A DNA stretch of 63,005 nt, filler included, from Actinomycetota bacterium (GCA_013152275.1; 6 parts of 5 records of this genome joined end to end with filler, not necessarily neighbours in it); one strand, 5' to 3'. Shown: positions 29,692 to 40,995, numbered from the whole stretch's first letter. Numbers and translations are program-made. Notes: generated by a model from the letters alone, not told the origin.

Positions 29692-29740
29692 ACCCTGGGC
29701 TCGTAGGGGTCGTCACGACCCCTACGAGCCCAGGGTTCAG
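29688..29740. repeat. Palindromic repeat, family B
   Basis: TGAACCCTGGGCTCGTAGGGGTCG-TCA-CGACCCCTACGAGCCCAGGGTTCA. Confidence 0.88.
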
Positions 29741-29784
29741 TTGAGGGCCGTCAGTCCACGCATACCCCCTACACTTGCCTCCGT

Positions 29785-30525
29785 TTGACCGTTCTTGGAT
29801 CCAACGGCACGTTCTCAACGCCTGGCCGCCCCACATCGGGCTACCTGATCACGCATGCCGATACCCGGATCTGGGTCGATACGGGTTCGGGGACCTTTGC
29901 GGCGCTCCAGGCCGTGATCGACTATCGGACCGTCGATGCGGTGGTGGTGACCCACGTCCACGCCGACCACAGCGTCGACCTGTTCGGGTTTCACTACGCG
30001 ATCAAATACGGGCCCGGCGGAAAGGCCGGGATTCCGGTGTTCTGTCCGGAAGGGCTGCACGAGCAGGTGACCTGCTATCTGGGAGGTCCGAAGCACGATC
30101 CCGCGGGATCGTTCGACTTTCGGATCTGTGACGATGGAGCCACGGCAACGATCGGATCGATCGGTCTGGCGTTCGCCCTGACCGACCACGGCGTTCCCAC
30201 GCTTGCCGTTCGAGCCGAGGCGGACGGGAGAGTGCTCACGTACTCATCGGACACGGGTCCCGCCGGTGGCTGGTCAAGGCTGGCCGACGGCGCCGACCTG
30301 TTCGTATGTGAGGCAACGTACCAGGGTGCCGCGGAGGACAAGCCGTGGCATCAGCACTTGACGGCGTCGGAGGCAGGGAAGATCGCGAGGAGTCGGGGCG
30401 CCGACAAGCTGATGCTCACCCACGTGTGGCCGTTCCTCGACCCCAGCCGATCCGTGACGGAAGCAGAAGCGACATTCGGCAGACCGGTGAGCCTCGCGGT
30501 CCCCGGGATGACCGTGAAAGTCTGA
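29785..30525 (+). CDS. MBL-fold metallo-hydrolase (Rv1339/RNase Z-like)
   Basis: THVHADH, YSSDTG, LTHVWP; lies upstream of rph. Confidence 0.85.
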   Translation: MTVLGSNGTFSTPGRPTSGYLITHADTRIWVDTGSGTFAALQAVIDYRTVDAVVVTHVHADHSVDLFGFHYAIKYGPGGKAGIPVFCPEGLHEQVTCYLGGPKHDPAGSFDFRICDDGATATIGSIGLAFALTDHGVPTLAVRAEADGRVLTYSSDTGPAGGWSRLADGADLFVCEATYQGAAEDKPWHQHLTASEAGKIARSRGADKLMLTHVWPFLDPSRSVTEAEATFGRPVSLAVPGMTVKV

Positions 30526-30534
30526 GGAGGACCC

Positions 30535-31242
30535 GTGGCATCGAGAGAACGTCCCGTCGACGAATTGCGCCCGGTACGGATCACCCAGGGGTATACGGAG
30601 ATGACCCCGGGTTCGGTCCTGATCGAGATGGGTCGGACTCGCGTTCTCTGCACCGCGTCGATCGCAGACGAGGTGCCTCGCTGGCTGCGAGGCACCAAGA
30701 AAGGCTGGGTCACGGCCGAGTACGGGATGCTGCCGGGGTCCAGCAGTGAGCGCATCAGGCGAGACAACTACTCGGGTGGACGATCGAAGGAGATCTCGCG
30801 GCTCATCGGCCGCTCGATGCGCTCGGTGGTTCGCCTCGAAGCCATGTCCGAGCTGATGGTGCGCATCGATTGCGACGTACTCCAGGCCGACGGGGGAACC
30901 CGGTGTGCCGCGATCACCGGGGCGTGGATTGCCATGCACGACGCCTTCGAAGATGCGATCGCCAAGGGAACGTTGCGGGAGAGCCCGATCATCGATCGGG
31001 TTGCCGCCGTCTCCGTGGGCATCGTCGATGGGGAATCCCGGCTCGATCTCGAGTACACCGACGATGTCGCCGCCGACGTGGACATGAACGTCGTGATGAC
31101 CGGCAGGGGTCTGCTCGTCGAGGTCCAAGGCACTGCCGAGCGGGCGCCGTTCTCTCGCGCCGACTTGAACGACCTGCTCGACCTCGCAGATGGCGGGATC
31201 GCCGAACTGCTCGACCTGCAGCGTCAGGCGGCGGAGGCGTGA
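30535..31242 (+). CDS. rph: Ribonuclease PH
   Basis: GWVTAEYGMLP, DCDVLQADGGTR, VEVQGTAE. Confidence 0.95.
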   Translation: MASRERPVDELRPVRITQGYTEMTPGSVLIEMGRTRVLCTASIADEVPRWLRGTKKGWVTAEYGMLPGSSSERIRRDNYSGGRSKEISRLIGRSMRSVVRLEAMSELMVRIDCDVLQADGGTRCAAITGAWIAMHDAFEDAIAKGTLRESPIIDRVAAVSVGIVDGESRLDLEYTDDVAADVDMNVVMTGRGLLVEVQGTAERAPFSRADLNDLLDLADGGIAELLDLQRQAAEA

Positions 31243-31823
31243 AGATCGAGCGGCTCGTCGTCGCCTCGAAGAACCCGGACAAGATCGGTGAGATCGAGGC
31301 CGTCTTGCGGGAATTGGGGCTCGTCGATGCGGTGGTCCGCGGGCTCGAGTGGCCGGACGTCGAGGAGACGGGAGGCACGCTGGAGGAGAACGCGTTGCTG
31401 AAGGCCCGGGCGGTCGCGGCGGCGGTGGGACTGCCCGCTCTCGCCGACGACACCGGTCTGGAGGTCGACGCCCTCGGAGGGGCGCCGGGGGTGCGGTCCG
31501 CACGATACGCCGGGCCGGACGCGACGTATGAGGACAACGTGCAACACCTCCTGGCCGCGATCGCAGACGCACACGACCGGTCTGCCCGGTTCAGAACGGT
31601 CATGGTGCTGGTCTTTCCGGACGGGAGGGAGATCGTCGGAGAAGGCGTGTTGGAGGGACAGATCATCGACGAGCGCAGAGGCTCGTCCGGGTTCGGCTAC
31701 GACCCCGTGTTTCTCGTGGACGGGAGAACGCTTGCCGAGATCGACCCTGCGGAGAAGAACGCGATCAGTCACCGGGGGCGTGCGCTTCGCGCGCTCGCAG
31801 CCCGGCTTGCAGCGGACGCATGA
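31239..31823 (+). CDS. rdgB: Non-canonical purine NTP pyrophosphatase
   Basis: ASKNPDK, ADDTGLEVDAL, GFGYDPVF, SHRGRA. Confidence 0.93.
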   Translation: MKIERLVVASKNPDKIGEIEAVLRELGLVDAVVRGLEWPDVEETGGTLEENALLKARAVAAAVGLPALADDTGLEVDALGGAPGVRSARYAGPDATYEDNVQHLLAAIADAHDRSARFRTVMVLVFPDGREIVGEGVLEGQIIDERRGSSGFGYDPVFLVDGRTLAEIDPAEKNAISHRGRALRALAARLAADA

Positions 31824-32767
31824 CCTCCGAGCAGAACGCCGGGGGCCGCCGAGCGCTCCTGAATGTCGTGCTTGCCCTGGGAGCGCTGGCGTTTGCCGTC
31901 CATCTGCTGATGCCACGGGTCAGCGAACTGCCCAAGGCCGTTGAGCATGTCAAGAGCGGTTCTCCATGGTGGCTGCTCGCCGCAGCGGTCGTCGCGGTGT
32001 TCACCCGCCTCGGAGGCACGATCTCGCTGATGGGCTCACTCGAAGAGGATTTGCCGTTCTGGCCGACCTTCGAGGTGCAGGTCGCCGCGTCATTCACGGG
32101 ATTGTTCGCACCCCAGGGTGTGGGATTGGCGGCGATCAATGCCCAGTATCTCGAGAAGCGGGGTCACGACCGGACGGTCGCCATCACGGCATCGGGGTTG
32201 AACTCCGTCGCGGGGTTTGCAGCGCATGTACTGAGCATCCTGGCCGCGGTGGCGCTGGTCGGACCGTCGATCGTCTCGCATCTGAGAACCCCGCCTCGGT
32301 GGTGGCTGCTTGCCGGAGGTGCGCTGTTTGCTCTCGTGCTGGGGTTGGCGGTGTGGACGCCCCTGGGACGCAGATGGCTCTGGAAGCCTGCCTTGCGAGC
32401 GGGGGCCGCCTTGTGGTCGACGGTGAAGCGGCCGGTCAGGACCGTTCAGTTGCTCGGCGGGTCGGTGGTCGTCACGATCGCCAACGCGCTCACGTTGGCA
32501 CTCGCCATGAACGCGTTCGGGGAGTCCGTGTCGATGATCGATGTCGTTGCCGTGTATCTTGCAGCGGCGGCCGTCGCGGCCCTCGCTCCGACACCGGGGG
32601 CTCTCGGCGCGCTGGAAGCGGCGTTGATTGCAGGGCTCACCGCGGTGGGTGTCGATGCCGGCATCGCCGTCGGCGGTGTGCTGGTCTTTCGGCTGTTTAC
32701 GTTCTGGCTGCCGATCGCACCGGGTGTGTGGGCCGTGCGTGACCTGCGCCGGCGGGGCGTGATCTGA
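31820..32767 (+). CDS. Lysylphosphatidylglycerol synthase TM / flippase-like membrane protein
   Basis: Hydrophobic; PTPGALGALEAAL...FRLFTFWLP. Confidence 0.8.
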   Translation: MTSEQNAGGRRALLNVVLALGALAFAVHLLMPRVSELPKAVEHVKSGSPWWLLAAAVVAVFTRLGGTISLMGSLEEDLPFWPTFEVQVAASFTGLFAPQGVGLAAINAQYLEKRGHDRTVAITASGLNSVAGFAAHVLSILAAVALVGPSIVSHLRTPPRWWLLAGGALFALVLGLAVWTPLGRRWLWKPALRAGAALWSTVKRPVRTVQLLGGSVVVTIANALTLALAMNAFGESVSMIDVVAVYLAAAAVAALAPTPGALGALEAALIAGLTAVGVDAGIAVGGVLVFRLFTFWLPIAPGVWAVRDLRRRGVI

Positions 32768-32834
32768 TTTCTTCCCGTTCTCGTGACGGTTGAGCGGGAC
32801 TATCCGGGCGAAGCGTCACGAGAACGGGAAGAAA
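32768..32834. repeat. Palindromic repeat, family A (extended arms)
   Basis: TTTCTTCCCGTTCTCGTGACG...CGTCACGAGAACGGGAAGAAA. Confidence 0.85.
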
Positions 32835-32897
32835 CGGGGATGTGTGGAGTTTGATGAGCCTGCTGACTACTCTCCGTGGCAGATCCTCAGGGGGACC

Positions 32898-34730
32898 GTG
32901 AGCGAAAACACACTGACCGAGCCGACGCTGTTCAGCGCCGCCTGGCGCTATCGGTGGCTGGTGGTTGCCACGACGGTGTTGGCGCTGGCGCTGGGCATTG
33001 TGTTCGTGACGCTCAATCCTGCGAAAACCGTCTACACGGCGCGGGCGTCGATGGTCGTCCAGGCCACGGCCGGGGGCCTGGATCTCGGAACATCGGGAAG
33101 TCCGCAGCGGTTCGTTGCAAACCAGGTGGAGATCCTCAGGTCGGCGGCGGTCTCCGATCTCGCGAGTCGGATCGCCGAGCAGGAGGATCCGCCGATCGCT
33201 CTGGCGCCGGAGGACATCGCCGGCGGCCTGCAGGTCGAGAGCTCTTCGAGCAGCGACCTGATCGATGTCGTCTTCAGCGCAGTGGACGATCCTGCCGTGG
33301 CCGTCGGGGGTGCCAACGCGGTGGTCGCGGCCTACAAGCAACTCGTGACTTCGGAGAAGACCGCAGTGACGAGCGCCGCCCTCCAACGGATCGACGCTCA
33401 ACTGGCGACGCTCGATGAACGGGCGCAGACGATCGCAGGTCAGATCGCGGAGAAACTGGACGAGGACACGGCGCTGATAGATCTGCGGAAGCAGTATGAA
33501 GATGCGGTCGTCGAGATCGTATCGCTCCAAGGCGAAGCCCAGACGGCCGACGCCACTCGACTCGCCGAGATCCGTGCTCGCCTCGGCGACCTGCGCAACC
33601 TGATCGCAACCTACCGGAGCATCCGGAGTATCGGCCGAGATGATCCCGTGCTCGATGAGCTCCAGGCCGAACAGGAGCAGATCCTCGCGCGCAGAGACGC
33701 CTTGTTGGAGCGTCGCGACACGATATCGATCGACGTCGAGTTGTCTCCCGACGTCGTCGCGTTCTCTTCACCCGCACAAGTGGCGATGCCGTCGCCCGAC
33801 TCGGGACCGGGGCGTGTACTGGCGGTCGCAATCATGATGGGTCTGCTCGGTGGAGTTGGTCTCGCCTACTTGTTCGCTTCCCGGCTGCACGTGTTTCATG
33901 ATCGCATGGAGCCGCAGATGATTCTCGGCGCGCCGCTGCTTGCCGACATACCCGATTTCACGCAGGAAGGCCTCAGGACGCTCCTGCCCGTTCGGGACGA
34001 GCCACGTTCGGCATCGGCGGAGGCGTTCCGATTTGCTGCAGCCTCGTTGGAATTGAAGATGACAAGGCAGAATGCGAAGTCGCTCGTGATCATCTCCCCG
34101 ACACTCGGTGCGGGCAAGAGCACGGTGCTGGCGAATGCGGCACTTGCGGCGGCCAGGCAAGGAAACCGAGTGCTCCTCATCGATGCGGATTTCGGAAACC
34201 AGGCACTTACGGAGCTCTTGGCCGGTGATGAAGGCACGCTGGAACCCGGTTTGACGGAGGTCGTGGGCGAGGGCCTTTCCCTCGATCGGGCCATCCGCAA
34301 GATCGAGGTTGGGCCTGATCTGTTGCTCTCACTTCTGAGCAGGGGCCGACAGCCGGTCGCTGCGGCGGATCTGCTCAGGTCCAGCGCGGCTCGATCACTT
34401 TTCGACACCGCCAAGGAGGAGTACGACCTGGTGCTCGTCGACGCTCCGCCACTGCTCCAGGTCGCCTACGCGAGCACGCTGGCCGGCCTCGTCGATACCG
34501 CTCTGGTACTCGTGGCTCACGGGGGCTCGACCTCCCAGCTCGAAGAGGCGAGGAGTCGTCTGAGCCTCATCGGAGTGCCGATCCTCGGCTATGTCTACAA
34601 CGGGTCGCCGCTCCGGAGAGAGATGACGGTTTCGGAAGGCTCGACCGCCGACGTGCTCGGAGATATGGCTGGGCCGAGAAGCAGGGGCGAGAAGAGCAAG
34701 TCCGGTTTCGGCAAGAGGCGGCAGCGCTGA
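32898..34730 (+). CDS. Polysaccharide co-polymerase / BY-kinase (Wzc-like)
   Basis: Two transmembrane segments flanking a coiled coil; GAGKS, LLIDAD, VDAPP. Confidence 0.8.
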   Translation: MSENTLTEPTLFSAAWRYRWLVVATTVLALALGIVFVTLNPAKTVYTARASMVVQATAGGLDLGTSGSPQRFVANQVEILRSAAVSDLASRIAEQEDPPIALAPEDIAGGLQVESSSSSDLIDVVFSAVDDPAVAVGGANAVVAAYKQLVTSEKTAVTSAALQRIDAQLATLDERAQTIAGQIAEKLDEDTALIDLRKQYEDAVVEIVSLQGEAQTADATRLAEIRARLGDLRNLIATYRSIRSIGRDDPVLDELQAEQEQILARRDALLERRDTISIDVELSPDVVAFSSPAQVAMPSPDSGPGRVLAVAIMMGLLGGVGLAYLFASRLHVFHDRMEPQMILGAPLLADIPDFTQEGLRTLLPVRDEPRSASAEAFRFAAASLELKMTRQNAKSLVIISPTLGAGKSTVLANAALAAARQGNRVLLIDADFGNQALTELLAGDEGTLEPGLTEVVGEGLSLDRAIRKIEVGPDLLLSLLSRGRQPVAAADLLRSSAARSLFDTAKEEYDLVLVDAPPLLQVAYASTLAGLVDTALVLVAHGGSTSQLEEARSRLSLIGVPILGYVYNGSPLRREMTVSEGSTADVLGDMAGPRSRGEKSKSGFGKRRQR

Positions 34731-34749
34731 AACTCCTCGTTGTCATGGA

Positions 34750-35928
34750 GTGGCTGTGGATCCGTTGACGGTGCTGCAAATCCACAATCGCTACCGGGAA
34801 GCCGGGGGCGAAGACGTGGTCACATCGAAGGAACGCGCTCTCCTCAGAGAGGCCGGCCACGAAGTGATCGACTACCAGGTCGAGAATCCGCGCGGCCCTG
34901 TCGCTGCAACCGCGAGCTTGCTCGTATCGCCGTGGAATCCGATGTCGGCCCGGCGTGTCGGTGACGCCGTCAGACGGCATCGTCCCGACGTAGCCCACAT
35001 TCACAACACGTGGTGGGCGCTGTCTCCTTCGATCGTGCGCTCCCTCTCGAAGGCCGGGGTTCCGACCGTCATGACGTTGCACAACTACCGGCTCGTTTGT
35101 GCCAACGGGAAGCTGTTTCGCGACGGTGAGCCGTGTGAGGACTGTGTGGGCACGCATCCATGGCGGGCGGTCGGTCACGGGTGTTATCGGGGTTCGGTGC
35201 CGGCGTCGATCATGGCTGCGGCCGCCATCGAGCTGCCCCGGAGGCTGCATGCGTGGCAGGGGGTGGATCTCTTTCTGCCACTCACCGACTTTGCTCGCGA
35301 GCGGTTCATCGCAGGTGGGCTGTCGTCCGACAAGCTGTGGGTCAAGCCGAACTTCGTGGACGATCCCGGACCGCGCCGCGTGCGTCCGTCCGAGAGCGGC
35401 GTGGTGCTGTTCGTCGGGAGACTGAGCGCCGAGAAGGGGATCGAGGTCCTGCTCGACGCCTGGCGAAACGCTGCGCCGCGGCGTCTCGAGCTTGTCGTTG
35501 TGGGCGATGGTCCGCTCCGGCAGGCCCTCGAAGCCTCTCCGCCTGCGGGTGTGCGGTTCCTCGGCCGGCAGCCCGTCGACCAGGTCCGCGAACTCATGCT
35601 CGGTGCACGCGCCATGGCGTTCCCTTCTCTCTGGTTCGAGGGTCAGCCGATGGTGTTGCTCGAGGCACTGGCCGCGGGCGTGCCGCTCGTTGTGTCGGCG
35701 CTAGGCGGGATTCCCGACACGGTCGCCGATGGGAGGGCGGCTCTCGCAGTGCCGGCGGGTGATCGATCTGCTTGGGCCGCGGCGTTGGGTCGGCTGGCCG
35801 GCGACGATTGGCTCGATGCGGCGAGCGGGTATGCGCGACGCGTGTTCGAGTCCCGCTACAGCCCGCACCTTGCCCTGGATGCGCTCGAGGAGGCGTACAG
35901 GAGGGCGATGGGGGATCGGGGACACTGA
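34750..35928 (+). CDS. Glycosyltransferase family 4
   Basis: HNRYREAGGED, FVGRLSAEKG, EGQPMVLLEA. Confidence 0.88.
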   Translation: MAVDPLTVLQIHNRYREAGGEDVVTSKERALLREAGHEVIDYQVENPRGPVAATASLLVSPWNPMSARRVGDAVRRHRPDVAHIHNTWWALSPSIVRSLSKAGVPTVMTLHNYRLVCANGKLFRDGEPCEDCVGTHPWRAVGHGCYRGSVPASIMAAAAIELPRRLHAWQGVDLFLPLTDFARERFIAGGLSSDKLWVKPNFVDDPGPRRVRPSESGVVLFVGRLSAEKGIEVLLDAWRNAAPRRLELVVVGDGPLRQALEASPPAGVRFLGRQPVDQVRELMLGARAMAFPSLWFEGQPMVLLEALAAGVPLVVSALGGIPDTVADGRAALAVPAGDRSAWAAALGRLAGDDWLDAASGYARRVFESRYSPHLALDALEEAYRRAMGDRGH

Positions 35929-35929
35929 G

Positions 35930-36730
35930 TCAGGTCGTCGTGTCGCGTGCCAATCTGGCGCGCACGATGTCTCTGGCGAGGAGTGCCAGGTACGCCGGGT
36001 TGTTGAACAGATATCGGCGCCAAAGCCTGCGGGGGTGCAGGGAGAGGCGGTGAAGCCACTCCAGACCGGCCGACTGCATCCAGGCAGGAGAGCGCGGCGT
36101 CGTTCCGGCGATGAAGTCGAACGCCGCTCCGACACCGAGGAGCGCGACGCCGGGCACCAGGTGGCGGATGCCGCGCATCCACAGTTCCTGTTTCGGCATA
36201 CCCAAGCCCACCCAGACGAGGTCGGCCCCGGATTCCTTGATCTGCTCTGCGGCGATCCGGACGTCGTCATCGGTGGGGGTTCGAAACGGTGGTGAAAAGC
36301 TTCCGGCGATGCTCACTCCGGGAGCAATTCTCCGGGTGGCCTCGACCAGCTTGCCGAGGGTCTCCTCGGTGCTTCCGTAGAAGAAGTGACTCCACCCGTG
36401 CACGACACCGTGCTGGAGGGCGCGCTGCATGAACGATGGTCCGTCGACTCTGTCTTGCCCGGTACGCCCGGCCGCGCGGAGCCCCCACACGACAGGCATC
36501 CCGTCGGGGGTCGCTATGTCTGCGTCGAGCAGTGCGGAGGCGACCGACGGATCGCTGCGAGCCGTCATTACCGAATGTACGTTGCAGAAGGCGACGACCG
36601 TTGCCTTGTCCGTTGGGCGGTTCTGCAGCAGGTCGAGGACTTCGTCGCCGGAGGTGGCCGAGATCGGTGTCCCGACCACGCTGATCCGATCGGGCCAGAC
36701 GGTGCTCACGGGCGCCGGTGCTCCTGCCAC
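35930..36730 (-). CDS. WecB/TagA/CpsF-family glycosyltransferase
   Basis: [25 protein letters not shown]. Confidence 0.9.
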   Translation of the reverse strand: MAGAPAPVSTVWPDRISVVGTPISATSGDEVLDLLQNRPTDKATVVAFCNVHSVMTARSDPSVASALLDADIATPDGMPVVWGLRAAGRTGQDRVDGPSFMQRALQHGVVHGWSHFFYGSTEETLGKLVEATRRIAPGVSIAGSFSPPFRTPTDDDVRIAAEQIKESGADLVWVGLGMPKQELWMRGIRHLVPGVALLGVGAAFDFIAGTTPRSPAWMQSAGLEWLHRLSLHPRRLWRRYLFNNPAYLALLARDIVRARLARDTTT

Positions 36731-37644
36731 CAGGCGATGGTCTTGCGCAGCCCCTCCTCGAGGTCGACCTGAGCTTCGAATCCGAAGTACTCCTTGGCGC
36801 GCGTGGTATCCAACATCCGTCGGGGCTGACCGTCCGGCTTGGTGGCGTCCCAGTGGACCTCTCCCTCGTAGCCTGTCAGGTTGGCGATCAGAGCCACGAG
36901 ATCGCGAATGATGATCTCACGGCCGCTACCGATGTTGACCGGCTCGGCGCCGTCGTACGCCTCGGTGGCAAGGACGATCGCGCGCGCCGCGTCTTCCACG
37001 TAGAGGAACTCCCGGCCGGCAGATCCGGTTCCCCACACGTCGACATGCGGCGCTCCGGTTTCGCGGGCGTCGACGAACTTGCGGATGAGTGCCGGAATGA
37101 CATGGCTGGTCTCCGGATCGAAGTTGTCTCCGGGTCCGTAGAGGTTCACGGGAAGCAGGTAGACGCCGTTGAAGCCGTACTGATCTCTGTATGCCTGCAA
37201 CATGACGAGGAGTGATTTCTTGGCGACGCCATACGGAGCGTTGGTCTCCTCCGGGTAGCCGTTCCACAGGTCCTCCTCTTTGAACGGCACCGGTGTGTAT
37301 TTCGGATAGGCGCAGACGGTCCCGAGCTGCACGAGTTTCTCGACGCCGACCCGGCGGCTCTCCTCGATCACGTTGATGCCCATGGCCGCGTTGGCGTAGA
37401 AGTAGCGTCCCGGGTTGGCCCGGTTGGCACCGATGCCACCCACTTCTGCCGCAAGATGCAACACGACGTCGGGTCGAACGTCGGTCATGAGATCCCGAAC
37501 GGTCTGTTGATCGGTCAGGTCATGGTCGGCGTGGCGGGGAACCATCAGGTCGATGGGGCGGCGGCGGAGAAGGTCACAGATGTACGAGCCCAGGAAACCG
37601 GCACCGCCGGTCACCATGACCCGCTTGCCTTTCAGTTCGGTCAC
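36706..37644 (-). CDS. fcl: GDP-L-fucose synthase
   Basis: [40 protein letters not shown]. Confidence 0.92.
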   Translation of the reverse strand: MTELKGKRVMVTGGAGFLGSYICDLLRRRPIDLMVPRHADHDLTDQQTVRDLMTDVRPDVVLHLAAEVGGIGANRANPGRYFYANAAMGINVIEESRRVGVEKLVQLGTVCAYPKYTPVPFKEEDLWNGYPEETNAPYGVAKKSLLVMLQAYRDQYGFNGVYLLPVNLYGPGDNFDPETSHVIPALIRKFVDARETGAPHVDVWGTGSAGREFLYVEDAARAIVLATEAYDGAEPVNIGSGREIIIRDLVALIANLTGYEGEVHWDATKPDGQPRRMLDTTRAKEYFGFEAQVDLEEGLRKTIAWWQEHRRP

Positions 37645-38684
37645 TCGGGTCTCCCGTTGCGCCACTCGATCTGCTTGAGGCCCGCGTCGACCAGGGTCCG
37701 CTCCTGCTTGGCCAACTCGAGGTCCGAGTCGATCATCATGCGCACCAGGTCCGGGAATTCCACCTTCGGTTCCCAACCGAGAACTCGGCGAGCTTTGGAG
37801 GCGTCGCCCTGGAGGATGTCGACTTCGGCCGGTCGCAGGTATCGCTCGTCGATACGCACGTGATCACGAAAATCGAGGTCGAGCAGCCCGAATGCCGCCT
37901 CGCAGAATTCACGTACCGAATGCCGTTCGCCCGTGGCGATCACATAGTCGTCGGGAAGATCCTGCTGGAGCATCAGCCACATGGCCTCCACGAAGTCCCC
38001 GGCGAATCCCCAGTCGCGCTCTGCGTCGAGATTGCCGAGGAAGACGTAGTCCTGAAGCCCGAGCTTGATGCGGGTCGCCGCCCGGGTGATCTTGCGGGTC
38101 ACGAACGTCTCGCCCCTTCTGGGCGACTCGTGATTGAAGAGAATCCCGTTGCCGGCGAAGAGGCCGTACGCCTCGCGGTAGTTGACCGTCTGCCAGAACG
38201 AGTACACCTTCGCGACGCCGTACGGGCTCCGCGGATGAAACGGCGTTCGTTCTGTCTGCGGGGTTTCCGCAACCTTCCCGAACATCTCGGATGAGGACGC
38301 CTGGTAGAAGCGCACCGGTGATCCGAGCTGCCGGATGGCTTCCAGCAGCCGCAGTGTGCCTATCGCATCGATGTCTGCCGTGTAGATGGGGTTCTTGAAG
38401 GAGACGCCCACGTGGGACTGGGCGCCGAGGTTGTAGATTTCGGTCGGTTCGATGTGCTGAAGGAGATGGACGAGGCTGTTGCCGTCGGCCAGGTCGCCGT
38501 AATGCAGGAACAGGTTCGCCGATTCGCTGTGAGGGTCGATGTAGAGATGGTCGATCCGTTCGGTTGCGAATGTGCTCGAACGGCGGATCAGCCCGTGTAC
38601 TTCGTACCCGCGACCAAGCAGGAACTCGGTGAGGTACGATCCGTCCTGTCCGGTGATTCCGGTGATGAGCGCACGCCCCAGCAA
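37641..38684 (-). CDS. gmd: GDP-mannose 4,6-dehydratase
   Basis: [43 protein letters not shown] before TTG. Confidence 0.95.
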   Translation of the reverse strand: MLGRALITGITGQDGSYLTEFLLGRGYEVHGLIRRSSTFATERIDHLYIDPHSESANLFLHYGDLADGNSLVHLLQHIEPTEIYNLGAQSHVGVSFKNPIYTADIDAIGTLRLLEAIRQLGSPVRFYQASSSEMFGKVAETPQTERTPFHPRSPYGVAKVYSFWQTVNYREAYGLFAGNGILFNHESPRRGETFVTRKITRAATRIKLGLQDYVFLGNLDAERDWGFAGDFVEAMWLMLQQDLPDDYVIATGERHSVREFCEAAFGLLDLDFRDHVRIDERYLRPAEVDILQGDASKARRVLGWEPKVEFPDLVRMMIDSDLELAKQERTLVDAGLKQIEWRNGRPE

Positions 38685-39093
38685 AACATACCTCCCACCA
38701 CGCGTCGTTTTCAACCACTTAGCGTAGTTCGTGGTGGGGGAGGGCGCAACGGTTGATCAGTCGATCCGAGTTGGGCTCTGCTCCACGGTTCTTGTAGAGC
38801 TCGATCGGCACGCCTCGTCGTGGGAGAAGCACTCTCCGTCGATCGTCTGTCTCCTCGATCTCGGCTCCGACAGGCACATGTTTCCGATTCCGACGAGACC
38901 GGCCTATGGTGAGCCTGCGCACATCATCACTGGGAAGGGGCGGCTGTGCGGCTCAAGCGAGGGGGCACGCATGGTGCCGGTTCCCGTCACTACAAACCCA
39001 AGCATCGATCCAACACCGGAATCGGGTTCGATGCTCTGCGTCTGAAGATCGTTGGAGGTCGACGACGGATCGGCTTGTGGCCGGTTCACAGAT

Positions 39094-39481
39094 GGATGAT
39101 GGCGCTCACCGTGGTAGTCCTACTCGGCACCTCCGGCGCCGCCATGGCCGGTGTCGGCGTGGCACCAGAGAATCCTTCCGGAGCAGACACGCCCGAGTTC
39201 ATCGAGGCCATCCCGCCCGACTCCCTCGGAGCGACGTTGGACACGAGCGTCCTTGTCTCTCCTGATTCACCCGATGGGACCGGTCTGCCAAGCCGCCTCG
39301 ATCCGATCGATGGCGATGATGGTTTCTCGTCGTGGAAGTCTGTGAAGTCCGCGGAGGCGGCCGTTCTATCGCCGTCATCGTCGTCGACGACGTCGACGAC
39401 GTCGACGACGGAGGGTGTGTCGGTTACGTCGACGTCGGTTGCGGTGGTTGGTTCGGGGTATTCGTTGTCGTGGTCGACGCA
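39094..39481 (+). CDS. Secreted protein with a Ser/Thr-rich linker (3'-truncated; start uncertain)
   Basis: Signal-like MMALTVVVLLGTSGAAMA; SSSSTTSTTSTT; runs into the gap. Confidence 0.5.
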
Positions 39482-39581
39482 NNNNNNNNNNNNNNNNNNN
39501 NNNNNNNNNNNNNNNNNNNNNNNNNTTAATTAATTAANNNNNNNNNNNNNNNNNNNNNNNNNNNNNNNNNNNNNNNNNNNN
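39482..39581. other. Artificial contig spacer
   Basis: N-run with TTAATTAATTAA. Confidence 0.98.
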
Positions 39582-39912
39582 GGTCGTGCATCGCAAAACC
39601 CGACTGCTACCCATCCAGAGAGGAGCCGGGTTCGCTTCCTCCGGCTACTGCCTCGAAACCCACGGTGTCACCTTTGCTTGCGTAGGTTTCAAGGGGAATC
39701 TCTTTTCCCGAGAAACACCACTCTGTCGGTGACGTCATCGCAGTGCCAGTGCTGTCAACCCCGTCGTAGTCGACCGAGAATCTCAGCGCGGTTGACGCCA
39801 ACCCTGCATCTGTTGTGGGGTGGCCCGTGTCCGAGTTGACAGTGCCGTTTCGCGTCGCGTGGCCGTCGGTGCCTCCCATGATTTTGGTGGATCGACTGTT
39901 ACGATCATTCGC

Positions 39913-40401
39913 GTGACCGACGTCGCACCTCACATCGGGACTCTTCGCGAAAAGCCACTGCACGCCTCGCCAAAGCGTTGGTACGGGCAGCCTGGTGACC
40001 GTTTCGAAGTGCCCGTCGACGGGTTTGTTATCAACATTGTGCGGGGTGACCTGTTGATCGAGGTGCAGACGCCTGGTTTCTCCTCCATGAGGTGGACGGT
40101 CACGACGCCGCTCGACTTGTGGCGCCGTGTCCTCATCATTCACCCAGTCACAACCGATGAGTGGATTGTCAAGATAGATGCCGACGGCGAGATTCTCAGT
40201 CGGCGGTGCTCACCAAAACATGGCAGCGAAATCGGCATCTTCGCCGAACCGGTGAGTTTCACCGGCTTGCTTACCGACTCTCACCTGCAAACCGAGCTGG
40301 TTCTGGTGAACGAAGAGGAGTACCGGTCATACGCACCCGGCAGCGCGCGTCGAAATCGGCGCATTTGGGTCGAAGGCTCAGTGTTTTGGCAATTCGACTA
40401 A
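39913..40401 (+). pseudogene. Degraded PD-(D/E)XK-like hypothetical protein
   Basis: IGTLREKPLH...EVPVDGFVINIVRGDLLIEVQT; N where a catalytic D is expected; appears truncated (from my recollection of the family). Confidence 0.45.
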
Positions 40402-40431
40402 ACCGATCCGCGTCCTGGAGCGTTCTATTGA

Positions 40432-40995
40432 GTGACAGGGAGGAACCGAATCAGTATTGGAGGAAACGGGATATTGGAAACCCACGGCACTGAGGTTCGG
40501 GCTCCGGCACAGTACGGAGAGTTCTATCACCACTTTTACCGATCCGTGGTTGCGCTTGCGTATGGCCTTTCAGGCAGTTCCTGGGCCGCCGAGGACCTGG
40601 CGCAGGAAGCTTTTCTCCGTGCCTACCGAGACTGGGCCAGTGTTAGTCAGATGGCTGCACCGGGTGCCTGGGTCAAGAAGGTTGCCGTCAACCTCGCTCT
40701 CTCACGGTTCCGCCGCCTTCGCGCCGAGGGAATGGCTGTGATCCGGCTGTCGGCAGCGGCACCTCCTGTTGTTCCCATGTCCTTGGCGCACGATTCCTTT
40801 TGGATGGAAGTGCGACGGCTTCCCAAGCGCCAGGCGCAAGCCATCGCACTCCGCTACATCGACGACCTCTCGATTGCTGACATTGCAGTAACCCTCGGCG
40901 TGGCCCAAGGCACCGTCAAGGCGCTGCTGCATCAGGGGCGAGCCGGCATCTCGCGAAAGCTGGGGGCGAAAGGATGGTTCGACGATGAAATTTGA
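40432..40995 (+). CDS. ECF RNA polymerase sigma factor
   Basis: AEDLAQEAFLRAY, LPKRQAQAIALRY, GTVKALLHQGR. Confidence 0.88.
   Translation: MTGRNRISIGGNGILETHGTEVRAPAQYGEFYHHFYRSVVALAYGLSGSSWAAEDLAQEAFLRAYRDWASVSQMAAPGAWVKKVAVNLALSRFRRLRAEGMAVIRLSAAAPPVVPMSLAHDSFWMEVRRLPKRQAQAIALRYIDDLSIADIAVTLGVAQGTVKALLHQGRAGISRKLGAKGWFDDEI

Noticed and set aside
39370..39410. TCGACGACG tandem repeats
   Set aside because: They simply encode a Ser/Thr linker.
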